Assembly: GCA_964474455.1 (NCBI GenBank)
Contig: CAYYSU010000010.1
Location: forward strand, 518 to 64,517
Source of the DNA: an uncultured Bacteroidales bacterium
GTDB lineage: Bacteria; Bacteroidota; Bacteroidia; Bacteroidales; BM520
Reading direction: 5' to 3'
Length of the DNA stretch: 64,000 nt
Below the pieces are notes generated by a model, which was not told where the DNA came from, did no database searches, and saw only the letters and a program-made list of their open reading frames with translations. A program made the translations under genes and the position numbers. Below, in pieces: positions 18,664 through 28,339 of the stretch. Every line of letters starts with the position of its first letter. Position 1 is the stretch's first letter.

Positions 18664-20016
18664 TTATCCTTTATACCGAACCCATTTCCACAACTCTTTG
18701 TACGTTACCTTCTTGCCATACATAAGGATTCCTGTGCGGTATATTTTTCCTGCTACCCAGGTCATGCCTACAAAGGTAAGTATCAGAATAAGAACAGATA
18801 TAACTATCTGTATATAAGGAACACCAAATGGTATTCTCATCATCATGCTAATGGGAGAGGTGAATGGGATCATGCTTAGCCATATGGCCAATGATCCGGA
18901 AGGGTTTTCAATAACCGACGGCATCAGCACAATTGCCAGAACTATCGGTACTGTGATAGGCAGCATAAACTGTTGGGTGTCGGTTTCGTTATCCACGGCA
19001 CCACCGATGGCAGCAAACATAGAAGCATAGAGCAGATATCCACCAAGGAAATAGATAATAAAAGTGAGAAGCATAACGGGGAGATTGATACTTTTTACCA
19101 TATCAAGTATTTCCAGGAAACCTTCTCCCGCAACGTCTTCAATGCCGGAGTCTGACATTTGAACCGTTGCCTGCTCAGGAATTAGATCTGTTGCAGACTC
19201 TGTTACCTGTGGGATATTTTTGTCCAGCAGCTTATCTGAATATATGCTGCTAAAAACACCGACGATAGCCATTGTAAGCACAATCCACAGGAGAAATTGT
19301 GTAAGACCAACAAGGGCAATGCCAATGATTTTACCCATCATAAGTTGGAATGGTTTCACCGAGCTGATAATAATTTCCACTATACGGCTTGTCTTCTCCT
19401 CGATAACGCCACGCATCACCATGGAGCCATAAATAAATATAAACATGTATATTAACAAGCCTCCCAGATAACCCACTGCCATTGCCACCTCGGCATAGGA
19501 TTTTGTCTCTTCACCGTCATCATCAATAGTGAATGAAGTGATGTTGATGGTTGCTGCATTTTTAACTTTTGTATATATCTCAGGATCTATGCCCTCCATT
19601 AGCAGGAATTGCTCCAATACCTCTTCCTTCATCACATTACGGATATATGATTTAGTGGTAACACTAACCTGATCTTTGGCATATATTATTGCATTTTTCG
19701 GGATTACAACTTCTGTGCGGGGAATATACAGCAGATCGTCATAACCATCAGCTGTGTACGTCTCTTTAATCTCTTCTATGGGCTGATCCACTATTGTAAA
19801 TGTCAGCTTTTCAGTATCCTTAAAACGATGTTTGTAGATTCCTGTTTCATCTACAACTACAATTTTACTTGTCTCTTCGCTGTTGACAGCCAGGATCATC
19901 GGTATGACGAATACTGCTGCCATCAGGATCGGTCCCAGGATTGTCATTATGATAAACGAGCGTTTTTTTACTCGTGTCATGTATTCCCGATGTATAATAA
20001 TTCCGGTTTTATTCAT
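18664..20016 (-). CDS. ABC-2 type transporter permease (NatB-like architecture)
   Basis: The 450-aa ORF has one N-terminal TM segment, a roughly 150-aa extracytoplasmic loop, and then 5-6 TM segments. It lies directly downstream of the ABC ATPase. Confidence 0.75.
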   Translation of the reverse strand: MNKTGIIIHREYMTRVKKRSFIIMTILGPILMAAVFVIPMILAVNSEETSKIVVVDETGIYKHRFKDTEKLTFTIVDQPIEEIKETYTADGYDDLLYIPRTEVVIPKNAIIYAKDQVSVTTKSYIRNVMKEEVLEQFLLMEGIDPEIYTKVKNAATINITSFTIDDDGEETKSYAEVAMAVGYLGGLLIYMFIFIYGSMVMRGVIEEKTSRIVEIIISSVKPFQLMMGKIIGIALVGLTQFLLWIVLTMAIVGVFSSIYSDKLLDKNIPQVTESATDLIPEQATVQMSDSGIEDVAGEGFLEILDMVKSINLPVMLLTFIIYFLGGYLLYASMFAAIGGAVDNETDTQQFMLPITVPIVLAIVLMPSVIENPSGSLAIWLSMIPFTSPISMMMRIPFGVPYIQIVISVLILILTFVGMTWVAGKIYRTGILMYGKKVTYKELWKWVRYKG

Positions 20017-20033
20017 GGTTTGTTTTTTTCCTG

Positions 20034-20954
20034 TTATTGATTAATATCGGTTACTTTACGAATAAAGATTTCATTCATAGTAGGCAGTACTTCCTCCATC
20101 ATCGTGAGTTCTCCGTGGTTCATGAGCATAGTTGTTAGCTCATTGGGTTTGCCATTTAGCGGCAGGCGTACTGTGAATAAAGAGTCATTGTTATCTATTA
20201 TCTCTTCCAGAATCTCCACATCAGCCGGAAGAAGTGCTTTGGGCTGCGCATCAAGATTTCGTAGTGCAAAACGGTATGTGTTGGTACGGTTGTCCATCTT
20301 GATATCCTTCATCTTACCTTCCAGTATTTTTTTTGAATTGTTGATAAGTGCAATATGGTCACAGATCTCTTCCACGGAAGCCATGTTATGCGTAGAAAAT
20401 ATCACCGTAGAGCCATTATTCCGAAGGTTCAGAATCTCTTCTTTAAGCAAGTTGACATTTATGGGGTCAAATCCTGAAAATGGTTCATCGAAAATCAGAA
20501 GATCAGGCTGGTGAAGAATAGTAATAATAAACTGAACTTTCTGGGCCATACCCTTGGAAAGCTCTTCAACTTTTTTGCCCCACCAATCTATGATATCAAA
20601 TTTCTCGAACCACACTTTAAGTTTTTTTGCAGCAAGATTTTTTGGGATGCCCTTAAGTTGTGCCAGATACAAAGCCTGTTCACCAACTTTCATCTTTTTA
20701 TACAACCCTCTCTCTTCAGGAAGGTAGCCGATACGTGCAATATGGCTTGCGTTTAGCTTTTCGCCATCAATCCATATCTGGCCACTATCGGGTGCGGTTA
20801 TTTGATTGATGATACGGATAAAGGTTGTTTTACCTGCTCCATTAGGCCCCAATAGTCCGTAGATGCTTTGCTTCGGTAAACTGATACTCACATTATCCAA
20901 CGCTGTATGGTTTTGGTAATGTTTGGAAACATTTTCAGCTTTAAAAAAATCCAT
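20034..20954 (-). CDS. ABC transporter ATP-binding protein (ABC-2/NatA-like subfamily)
   Basis: It has Walker A GPNGAGKTT, signature LSKGMAQK, Walker B LLIFDEPFSGFD and the H-loop STHNM, plus a roughly 80-aa C-terminal extension. Confidence 0.9.
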   Translation of the reverse strand: MDFFKAENVSKHYQNHTALDNVSISLPKQSIYGLLGPNGAGKTTFIRIINQITAPDSGQIWIDGEKLNASHIARIGYLPEERGLYKKMKVGEQALYLAQLKGIPKNLAAKKLKVWFEKFDIIDWWGKKVEELSKGMAQKVQFIITILHQPDLLIFDEPFSGFDPINVNLLKEEILNLRNNGSTVIFSTHNMASVEEICDHIALINNSKKILEGKMKDIKMDNRTNTYRFALRNLDAQPKALLPADVEILEEIIDNNDSLFTVRLPLNGKPNELTTMLMNHGELTMMEEVLPTMNEIFIRKVTDINQ

Positions 20955-21138
20955 ATATTAGGTTTGTTTTTTGTTCGTTTCTATGAACTGATATAATGAG
21001 GACGAAGATAGTATTTTTCTTTTTAAGGATCTTTAGAGATTTTTGGCTTATGTTGATGTTCTTTTATGGTGACATTTTGACAAAAATCTCTGTATGGCAG
21101 AATTTTTGGTCTTTGAGGCCGTCAAAAAAACATATATA

Positions 21139-21807
21139 ATGGCAAAGAAAGAAATGGATCAGGAAAATATGTCAGTTAATGATAAATATCAAACTGCTGA
21201 AGATATGCAAGGTAAAGATAATCACGAGTTTGTAGATGATGTTGACGCCAGAAATGAACAACCTGGAGCAGATGAACTAAATGCTGAAACTAGTGCTGAA
21301 GCAGCAGCTCAAAAAAAGAAAAGTCGATCCAGGAAGAATAAGTCAGACAAACTGTCGCAAGAGAATGAAGAACTTCGTATCAAGCTGGCAGAAGCACAGG
21401 ATAAATATCTTCGCCTGTTTTCTGAATTTGATAACTTTCGTAAACGATCCAACAAAGAGAAAGTTGAGATTTTAAGCAGCGCTTCAGGTGCTCTTATTAA
21501 AGATCTTTTTCCTGTGATGGATGACATGGACAGGGCGCAGGAGAACTTTACAAAATCTTCTGATGTAAAAGCTCTTGCCGAAGGTGTGGATCTGATATTT
21601 GATAAATTTCGTAAAACCTTGGAATCCAAAGGTCTGGAAGAGATAGAGTCAACAGGTACGGAGTTTGATACAGACTTTCATGAAGCTGTAGCTCAATTTC
21701 CTGTCGCCGATGAATCACAGAAGAATATAATTGTTGATACCACAGAAAAGGGGTATATTATTAATGGAAAAGTAATCCGTCATGCGAAAGTAGTTGTCGG
21801 GGTTTAA
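21139..21807 (+). CDS. grpE: Nucleotide exchange factor GrpE
   Basis: It has an acidic N-terminus, a coiled coil ([30 protein letters not shown]) and a C-terminal beta domain ([16 protein letters not shown]). The start is set at ATG 21139; the track ORF starts at 21094. Confidence 0.9.
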   Translation: MAKKEMDQENMSVNDKYQTAEDMQGKDNHEFVDDVDARNEQPGADELNAETSAEAAAQKKKSRSRKNKSDKLSQENEELRIKLAEAQDKYLRLFSEFDNFRKRSNKEKVEILSSASGALIKDLFPVMDDMDRAQENFTKSSDVKALAEGVDLIFDKFRKTLESKGLEEIESTGTEFDTDFHEAVAQFPVADESQKNIIVDTTEKGYIINGKVIRHAKVVVGV

Positions 21808-21824
21808 GAATAAATTGTGAACAG

Positions 21825-22985
21825 ATGTCGAAAAGAGACTATTATGAAGTTTTAGGTGTGGCAAAGGATGCCTCTGATGCAGAGATAAAATCGGCGTACA
21901 GAAAAATGGCCATCAAATACCACCCTGACAAAAACCCCGATAATCCCGAGGCTGAGGATAAATTTAAAGAAGCTGCTGAGGCTTATGAAGTCCTAAGTAA
22001 CGCTGATAAACGTGCGCGTTATGATCGTTTTGGCCATGCCGGAATGAGTGGCGCAGCTGGTGGCGGATTTGGAGGCCAGGGAATGTCAATGGATGATATC
22101 TTCAGTAATTTTGGCGATATCTTCGGCGATGTATTTGGTGGAGGATTCAGTGGATTTGGCGGTGGTGGCCGCTCCGGTAGCGGAAGAAGAGTCAATAAAG
22201 GTTCCAACCTTCGTGTGAAGGTAAAACTTACCCTGGAAGAGATTGCCAATGGTGTTGATAAAAAAATTAAGGTTAATAAGTACGTTTCCTGTTCTCATTG
22301 CTCTGGAACAGGAGCAAAAGACGGCTCCAGCTACCAGACATGTGACACTTGTCATGGTAGCGGTCAGGTAACTCGTATACAAAACTCCTTCTTTGGGCAG
22401 ATGCAGACTACAGGAATCTGCCCTACCTGTGGTGGTGATGGTAAAATTATTACACATAAGTGTAATCACTGTGGTGGCGATGGTATCGTAAAGGATGAGG
22501 AAATTATAGATATTAAAATTCCTGCCGGAGTAGAAGATGGCATGCAACTTAGTATCCGTGGCAAAGGAAATGCCGGCGCCCGTGGAGGCATAAATGGCGA
22601 CCTTATCATCCTCATAGAAGAAATTGGCCACGAAGCTCTTGAACGTGACGGGAAAAACCTGCTTTATAACCACTTTATCACTTTCCCGCAAGCAGCACTA
22701 GGTACTAGTATCGACGTTCCTACCATTGGTGGTAAGGCCAGAATAAAGGTACAGCCGGGAACACAATCCGGTAAAGTGCTACGACTAAAAGGAAAAGGCT
22801 TACCTTCCGTAAATTCATATGGAACAGGTGACTTGCTGGTTCAGATTAACGTATGGATACCCAAGCGTCTCAATAAAGAGGAAAAAGAGTTACTCGAGCA
22901 ACTGGGGAAAAGCGAAAATATTCAGCCAAAACCATCAAAATCCGAAAAAGGCTTTTTTGATAAGATGAAGGATATGTTTAATTAA
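21825..22985 (+). CDS. dnaJ: Molecular chaperone DnaJ
   Basis: It has a J domain with the HPD motif (KYHPDKNPD), a G/F-rich linker and four CxxCxGxG zinc-finger repeats. Confidence 0.95.
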   Translation: MSKRDYYEVLGVAKDASDAEIKSAYRKMAIKYHPDKNPDNPEAEDKFKEAAEAYEVLSNADKRARYDRFGHAGMSGAAGGGFGGQGMSMDDIFSNFGDIFGDVFGGGFSGFGGGGRSGSGRRVNKGSNLRVKVKLTLEEIANGVDKKIKVNKYVSCSHCSGTGAKDGSSYQTCDTCHGSGQVTRIQNSFFGQMQTTGICPTCGGDGKIITHKCNHCGGDGIVKDEEIIDIKIPAGVEDGMQLSIRGKGNAGARGGINGDLIILIEEIGHEALERDGKNLLYNHFITFPQAALGTSIDVPTIGGKARIKVQPGTQSGKVLRLKGKGLPSVNSYGTGDLLVQINVWIPKRLNKEEKELLEQLGKSENIQPKPSKSEKGFFDKMKDMFN

Positions 22986-23004
22986 TTGTTGTATAGACCC
23001 AAAC

Positions 23005-23036
23005 AAAAAACGCGGTGCCTTGGCACCGCGTTTTGT
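23005..23036. terminator. Bidirectional rho-independent terminator between dnaJ (+) and gdhA (-)
   Basis: A perfect 9-bp GC-rich stem, CGCGGTGCC/GGCACCGCG (23011..23019 and 23022..23030), is flanked by an A-run upstream and a T-run downstream. Confidence 0.8.
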
Positions 23037-23056
23037 ATTTAGAGATAGGATGTTTT

Positions 23057-24394
23057 TTAAACAACACCCTGATCAAGCATTGCGTTAGCAACTTTAAGGA
23101 AACCTGCAATGTTAGCACCTTTAACGTAATCGATGTGACCACTTGCATCTTTACCATGCTCAACACATGCATTGTGAATATTAATCATGATTGTGCGAAG
23201 TTTTTCATCAACTTCTTCATTACTCCAACCATACTTCATAGAGTTTTGAGACATCTCAAGACCAGAAGTAGCAACACCACCTGCGTTTACTGCTTTGCCA
23301 GGAGCAAAAGGAGTTTTGCTATTGTGGAATATTGCCATAGCTTCAGGAGTACAAGGCATGTTGGCAACTTCAGCGACAAACTTACAATTGTTTTTCAGAA
23401 GTGCTTCAGCGTCTTCTTTGCCAAGTTCGTTCTGAGTGGCGCAAGGCATCGCTATGTCAACAGGTACTTCCCATGGGCGTTTTCCGGGATAGAATTTTAC
23501 GTTGGGGAATTTCTTAGCGTAAGGCTCCACGATATCCTGATTAGAAGAACGGAGTTCTAGCATATAATCAATTTTTTCACCTGAGATTCCCGCTTCATCA
23601 TAGACGTATCCATCAGGACCAGAGATAGTAACAACTTTACCACCGAGTTCTGTAATCTTAGTAGCAGCACCCCATGCAACGTTTCCGAAGCCTGAGAGAG
23701 CAACTGTTTTGCCTTCAAAAGTTTCACCATAAGTATCGAGCATCTCTTTAACGAAATACGCAGCACCAAAACCGGTAGCTTGAGGGCGTATGCGTGAGCC
23801 ACCCCAGTTGAGGCCTTTACCGGTCAATACTCCGGTATGCTCGCAGGTGAGTTTTTTATACATGCCGTACATGAAACCTATTTCACGACCGCCAACGCCA
23901 ATATCTCCGGCAGGAACGTCAGTGTCAGGGCCAATGATGTGCCATAGTTCTAACATAAATGATTGGCAGAAGCGCATGATTTCGCCGTCTGATCTACCTT
24001 TTGCGTTGAAATCAGATCCACCTTTACCACCACCTAATGGAAGTGAAGTAAGGCTGTTTTTGAAAATCTGCTCGAAGCCGAGGAATTTCAGGATAGATAG
24101 GTTTACACTTGGGTGGAAACGCAGACCGCCTTTGTAAGGTCCTATAGCGCCATTAAACTGAACACGGTAACCAATGTTTACATGAACTTTACCGTTGTCA
24201 TCTACCCAAGGTACTTTAAACGTTAAAACACGGTCAGGCTCAACAAGTCTCTCAACGATACTAGCTGATGCAAACTGAGGATTCTCGTTATAGATCTCCT
24301 CGATTGATTCAAGAACTTCATGTACTGCCTGTAGGTACTCAACTTCGCCTGGATGTTTTGCTTCCAAAGCGTTCATAATTTTTTCAACGTTCAT
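23057..24394 (-). CDS. gdhA: NAD(P)-specific glutamate dehydrogenase
   Basis: The 445-aa ORF has LPLGGGKGGSDF (catalytic Lys region), a GFGNVAWGAA dinucleotide fold, and a typical hexameric-GDH length. Confidence 0.93.
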   Translation of the reverse strand: MNVEKIMNALEAKHPGEVEYLQAVHEVLESIEEIYNENPQFASASIVERLVEPDRVLTFKVPWVDDNGKVHVNIGYRVQFNGAIGPYKGGLRFHPSVNLSILKFLGFEQIFKNSLTSLPLGGGKGGSDFNAKGRSDGEIMRFCQSFMLELWHIIGPDTDVPAGDIGVGGREIGFMYGMYKKLTCEHTGVLTGKGLNWGGSRIRPQATGFGAAYFVKEMLDTYGETFEGKTVALSGFGNVAWGAATKITELGGKVVTISGPDGYVYDEAGISGEKIDYMLELRSSNQDIVEPYAKKFPNVKFYPGKRPWEVPVDIAMPCATQNELGKEDAEALLKNNCKFVAEVANMPCTPEAMAIFHNSKTPFAPGKAVNAGGVATSGLEMSQNSMKYGWSNEEVDEKLRTIMINIHNACVEHGKDASGHIDYVKGANIAGFLKVANAMLDQGVV

Positions 24395-24516
24395 CTCGTA
24401 GGTCTTTTTTATGAGTTAATTATAACATTAATTTGTTATTTAAATTTCTTTCTGCTTTTTTTAACCTCAGATGGTAACTTGTTTATTTAAAACGTTTGTT
24501 ATTAGCATCTGAGCAG

Positions 24517-24524
24517 CAAATGTA
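24517..24524 (-). promoter_or_regulatory. Candidate -7 promoter box (TACATTTG on the minus strand) upstream of gdhA
   Basis: The plus strand reads CAAATGTA, about 123 nt upstream of the gdhA ATG. Confidence 0.3.
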
Positions 24525-24590
24525 GCTCAATTTGTTAAATCAAAAAACTTTATTAGGGTATTTTTTTGTTATTTTATGAATAATGATAAA

Positions 24591-25241
24591 TTACTTGGAA
24601 TCATCTATTTCTATTACGCTGTTTTGATCATATTGGATGGTTTTACTGATATTTCCTTCTTTATCAAAGTGTAATTCCGAGCCATGTTTGAGGTTTTTGA
24701 AATATTGAATCTCACGAAGCAATGTGCCATCTCTTCTCCATGCTTTCTGTATTCCTGTGCCACCCTCAAAAATAGCTTCGCCAAGAAGAAAACCATCAGC
24801 ATCATACCACTTCCATTCACCCTGGAAAAGCCCGTCTTTGTGTGATCCCTGAATCATAATATTTCCATCGGGGTAATACTCCCGGTGATCACCGTTAAGG
24901 GTGTCATTAATATAATATGTCTCAAGAATAAGCTTTCCGTTGTTATTATATTTTCTGGAGACTCCATTTCTGAGATCATGAGAATACTCCTCTTCCGACT
25001 CCAGGTTGCCGTTGGGATGCCAGCGTGTCAGCATTCCGGTAACTCTCCCTTCTATGTAGGTGTTTTGCTGCATGAGCACTCCATTGGGATGCCAGAATTT
25101 AGATTCTCCCGAAGGAATACCATTCTTATAGGTTATCTCACTGCTTTTTTTACCGTCTTGATAAAATGTCTCTTCTGTGCGTGTACAACCTCCACACAGA
25201 AAGAGTGTTATTATCAATATTAATATCAGATTACTCTTCAT
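24591..25241 (-). CDS. MORN-repeat-variant (YwqK-like) lipoprotein
   Basis: It has a signal peptide with a lipobox (LFLCGGC) and repeated Y.nG...G....w..nG modules (YKNGIPSGESKFWHPNG, YIEGRVTGMLTRWHPNG and others). Confidence 0.75.
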   Translation of the reverse strand: MKSNLILILIITLFLCGGCTRTEETFYQDGKKSSEITYKNGIPSGESKFWHPNGVLMQQNTYIEGRVTGMLTRWHPNGNLESEEEYSHDLRNGVSRKYNNNGKLILETYYINDTLNGDHREYYPDGNIMIQGSHKDGLFQGEWKWYDADGFLLGEAIFEGGTGIQKAWRRDGTLLREIQYFKNLKHGSELHFDKEGNISKTIQYDQNSVIEIDDSK

Positions 25242-27108
25242 AAAGCTCCAACTTCATTTTATGTAACAAAAACTCACTACCTTGGGGATTATAAATATAT
25301 ACTTTGAAAAAATTCCCCTCCACAAGATCTTTTTTCGAAAACTTCCTTGTCTTCCAAATATTGTCTCTATTGCCCTGGTGTGTGAAAAATTCCACTGGAG
25401 AACTATTCCAGAATTTTCCGACCTCCAGAGAATCATGAACAGCGACAATAAGCTGAAGACCGTCAATGGAGGTAATAGTTGTTATGTCAGCACAAGCAGC
25501 AATTGTAATATCCTTTTTAAGATGTTGCCGGGGAATGTAATAACGTATCTCTTTACTGTATGTGCTGGATGAATCATAATAAATCATAGCAGGCAAAGTA
25601 AAATCAGTATTAGTTACCCCCTCCTGAGAAATATCCAGCCATAAGGTTGTATCTGGAACCTTTAAAAAAGGTGAATCCTCTTTGTCTTTTGAGTATAGCG
25701 CTACTTCTCCAAGATTATTGTAGTTTTTTCTATAAATAACATGCGGATAATGATCTCGAATCAGAAAATCCGTCTCGTGGGGTACCGGTTTTGTCCAGGA
25801 ATACAAAAAATAGGGTTTATGCTCTTTTTTTAATCTGTCCTTTAAAACCAGAAAGTCTTCTCGTCCCATATTGTTCGTTGACAAATATTCTATATTAAAA
25901 TCCTCATTATGGTAATAACTAAGGTACCAGGGATGATTTACCGATGTGGCATAAGCAATGCTATCTTTGCCATATTGTTTTGTCAGCCTTTCTGTTTCTG
26001 CTGCAACACCACGAAACTCATTGAAGTGTTGTTTTGTGTAGAATTGATTTTGAAATGTGGTAAGACTCATTCCAACTATCAGTATCCCGATGATTACAAA
26101 TGCAGATCGTTTATCTATCGGTCGATTGGCGAATCCTGTCATCAAGAGTATCAAAAAGGGCATTGAGAAAATTAGTACTGAATGCTGGAGTACAGGGTTT
26201 ATTTTCAGACTATAAAAAAAACCTATAATCAATGGAAGAAGAAACCATATGATAGTAATAATATGAAATGGTATTTTTGCATTCACAAAAGGTCGTTTAT
26301 GTAAAAGTATAATTGCAGATACTGTGGCCACAATCATAATCACACTATTATTAAAAATATAAAAAAGGTGATTGAATATCCATGTGTTTTCAGGAACACT
26401 CAGCCACTGACCGACACCACCTATGGAAAGATGATTTAGTGTAATATATATATGTGGTATAAAAAGCAAAGTGGCCAACACGGCACCACCAATATAATGG
26501 TAAACATTTTTTTTATTAAGATAGAAAAGCCCCGTGACACCAATTATGATTGCCATCAGAAAAGAGAAGTAGTGATTGTACATGCATAGGGCATTGGCAA
26601 AAGCATAAGCAATACCTAAACTTATAGCTCTTTTTTTGTTCTCTGTGGTAAGGAGTTCACTCCATATCCAAGCCAGTAGCAGTATAAAGAATAATCCTGA
26701 GCCGTATGGTCTGGCGATGCGGCTGTATAGCAATGGGAATTCCAGGGTTGCAATTAATGCCGCTGCGAGGAGTCCTGCACTGTTGCTGAACCATTTTTTT
26801 CCAATTTTGTATATTAGAAATACGGACAATACGCCCATGATAACAAAGGGTAGTCGTACAGCTGCCGGACTGTTACCCATCAGTTTAGTCCAGTAGTATA
26901 GCATCACTTGGATTCCACCCGGGTGGCCATCGACTAAAAAGCCAAGATCTACAAGCTCCCGAAAGTTATCATACTGTAATCGGTACAGGGCACTTAGCTC
27001 GTCATTGGATAGTGAGAAGTCATGAAAGTTAAATATCCGCAGTAAAAATGCTACTGAGAGAATCACCAGCAGGAGGATGGTTTCTGTTGAGATTCTGCTT
27101 TTTTTCAT
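25231..27108 (-). CDS. GT39/GT83-like (ArnT/PMT family) membrane glycosyltransferase with a roughly 290-aa C-terminal extracytoplasmic domain
   Basis: The 625-aa ORF has an N-terminal half with about 10 TM segments and a first-loop DE motif (SLSNDELSALY). The C-terminal half is soluble. Confidence 0.65.
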   Translation of the reverse strand: MKKSRISTETILLLVILSVAFLLRIFNFHDFSLSNDELSALYRLQYDNFRELVDLGFLVDGHPGGIQVMLYYWTKLMGNSPAAVRLPFVIMGVLSVFLIYKIGKKWFSNSAGLLAAALIATLEFPLLYSRIARPYGSGLFFILLLAWIWSELLTTENKKRAISLGIAYAFANALCMYNHYFSFLMAIIIGVTGLFYLNKKNVYHYIGGAVLATLLFIPHIYITLNHLSIGGVGQWLSVPENTWIFNHLFYIFNNSVIMIVATVSAIILLHKRPFVNAKIPFHIITIIWFLLPLIIGFFYSLKINPVLQHSVLIFSMPFLILLMTGFANRPIDKRSAFVIIGILIVGMSLTTFQNQFYTKQHFNEFRGVAAETERLTKQYGKDSIAYATSVNHPWYLSYYHNEDFNIEYLSTNNMGREDFLVLKDRLKKEHKPYFLYSWTKPVPHETDFLIRDHYPHVIYRKNYNNLGEVALYSKDKEDSPFLKVPDTTLWLDISQEGVTNTDFTLPAMIYYDSSSTYSKEIRYYIPRQHLKKDITIAACADITTITSIDGLQLIVAVHDSLEVGKFWNSSPVEFFTHQGNRDNIWKTRKFSKKDLVEGNFFKVYIYNPQGSEFLLHKMKLELYEE

Positions 27109-27110
27109 TT

Positions 27111-27857
27111 TTATTCATTAATACGCTGACGTACGGACTCATATAATATGACTCCCGCCGCAACAGAAACATTTAATGATCCTATCTCTCCCATTAGTGG
27201 CAATGATGCATTTTTATCACACATTTTGAGTAGATTTTCAGAAATTCCATCTTCTTCCGATCCCATAATGATTGCTGTAGGTTTCAAGAAGTCCACATCA
27301 AGATAACTGCCGTCAGTTTTCTCTGTGCAGCCGATGATTTGCAGGCCGCTATTTTTCAGAAAGCTAACAGATTGCGACAAGGAGATGGCTTTTTCTACCG
27401 GAATTCGGTTAAGAGCACCAGCTGACGTTTTTACCGCATCGGCATTGATCTGCGCATTTCCCTTTGCCGGAAAGATAATGGCATTTACTCCAGCACATTC
27501 GGCGGTACGTGCTATGGCTCCCATATTTCTCACATCAGTTACTCTGTCAAGAACAAGAATTAAAGGGTTAATTCCCGCTTCATACCATCCCGGAAGAAGT
27601 GTCTCCACTTTTTGGTAAACAACTGGCGAAACAAGGGCAACTACTCCCTGATGGTTTTTTCTGGTTAGTCGGTTTAACTTCTCTATGGGAACAAATTGAA
27701 ACGGCAGGTTGTACTGTCGTATCAGTTTATTGAGTTCAAAAAAGATATCACCCTTAAGGCCTTTTTTTATAAATATCTTTTCTATCTGTCTTCCCGCTTC
27801 AATGGCCTCAATAACCGGGCGGGTGCCAAAAATCATATTCAAATTACTCACAGGCAT
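27111..27857 (-). CDS. rlmB: 23S rRNA (guanosine-2'-O)-methyltransferase RlmB (SpoU/TrmH family)
   Basis: It has an N-terminal SpoU_sub_bind-like region (IFGTRPVIEAIEAG) and the SpoU motifs LDRVTDVRNMGAIARTAECAG, IMGSEEDGIS and SLNVSVAAGVILYE. Confidence 0.85.
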   Translation of the reverse strand: MPVSNLNMIFGTRPVIEAIEAGRQIEKIFIKKGLKGDIFFELNKLIRQYNLPFQFVPIEKLNRLTRKNHQGVVALVSPVVYQKVETLLPGWYEAGINPLILVLDRVTDVRNMGAIARTAECAGVNAIIFPAKGNAQINADAVKTSAGALNRIPVEKAISLSQSVSFLKNSGLQIIGCTEKTDGSYLDVDFLKPTAIIMGSEEDGISENLLKMCDKNASLPLMGEIGSLNVSVAAGVILYESVRQRINE

Positions 27858-27955
27858 AGTTTATTTGTCAAAGGTATGGTTTTCTTTTATTTTTTATGAT
27901 TTATTGAAAAAAAACGTACCTTCATCAACACTAAGTACAAAATAAAAGAGTCAAC

Positions 27956-28339
27956 ATGTATAATAATTTTTTATGCCCCAAATGTAAGAATTCTCTAAAC
28001 ATCGATAGGCACGTTGTTTTTGTTGTTGAGAAATATGACGGAGTCAGAGGATTATTGCTATTAAGTTCCGATCTCGGGGACTATACTATCCGCAGCAATC
28101 CATCTTTCGAGGTGGAAGAAGGAGAGAGGCTGGAGTTTTACTGCCCTATGTGTCATGGAAGATTAACAGGGTATTCTCATCCAAACTTGGTAAGCGTTCT
28201 GCTTCTTGACAAAGAGGGAGAGGATAGCCAGGTGTTTTTTTCCCGCATAGTTGGTCAGAATAGCACCTATCTGTTAAAAGACGGAAAGATTGATTCGTTT
28301 GGCTTTGATTCATCCGAATATCTTGATACTCTGTTGTAA
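27956..28339 (+). CDS. Hypothetical zinc-ribbon protein
   Basis: The 127-aa ORF has two CxxC pairs (CPKCKN and CPMCHG) about 57 residues apart. I recognise no family. Confidence 0.5.
   Translation: MYNNFLCPKCKNSLNIDRHVVFVVEKYDGVRGLLLLSSDLGDYTIRSNPSFEVEEGERLEFYCPMCHGRLTGYSHPNLVSVLLLDKEGEDSQVFFSRIVGQNSTYLLKDGKIDSFGFDSSEYLDTLL

Noticed and set aside
22086-22691. A 201-aa antisense ORF lies inside dnaJ. Similar long shadow ORFs occur elsewhere, for example 10409..10981 in the MFS gene, 3736..4218 and 4289..4687 in the GH65 gene, and 8984..9394 in the helicase gene.
   Set aside because: They lie opposite or out of frame to genes with unambiguous family signatures. Their translations are low-complexity or Ser/Cys/Arg-rich with no motifs, which is typical of shadow ORFs.
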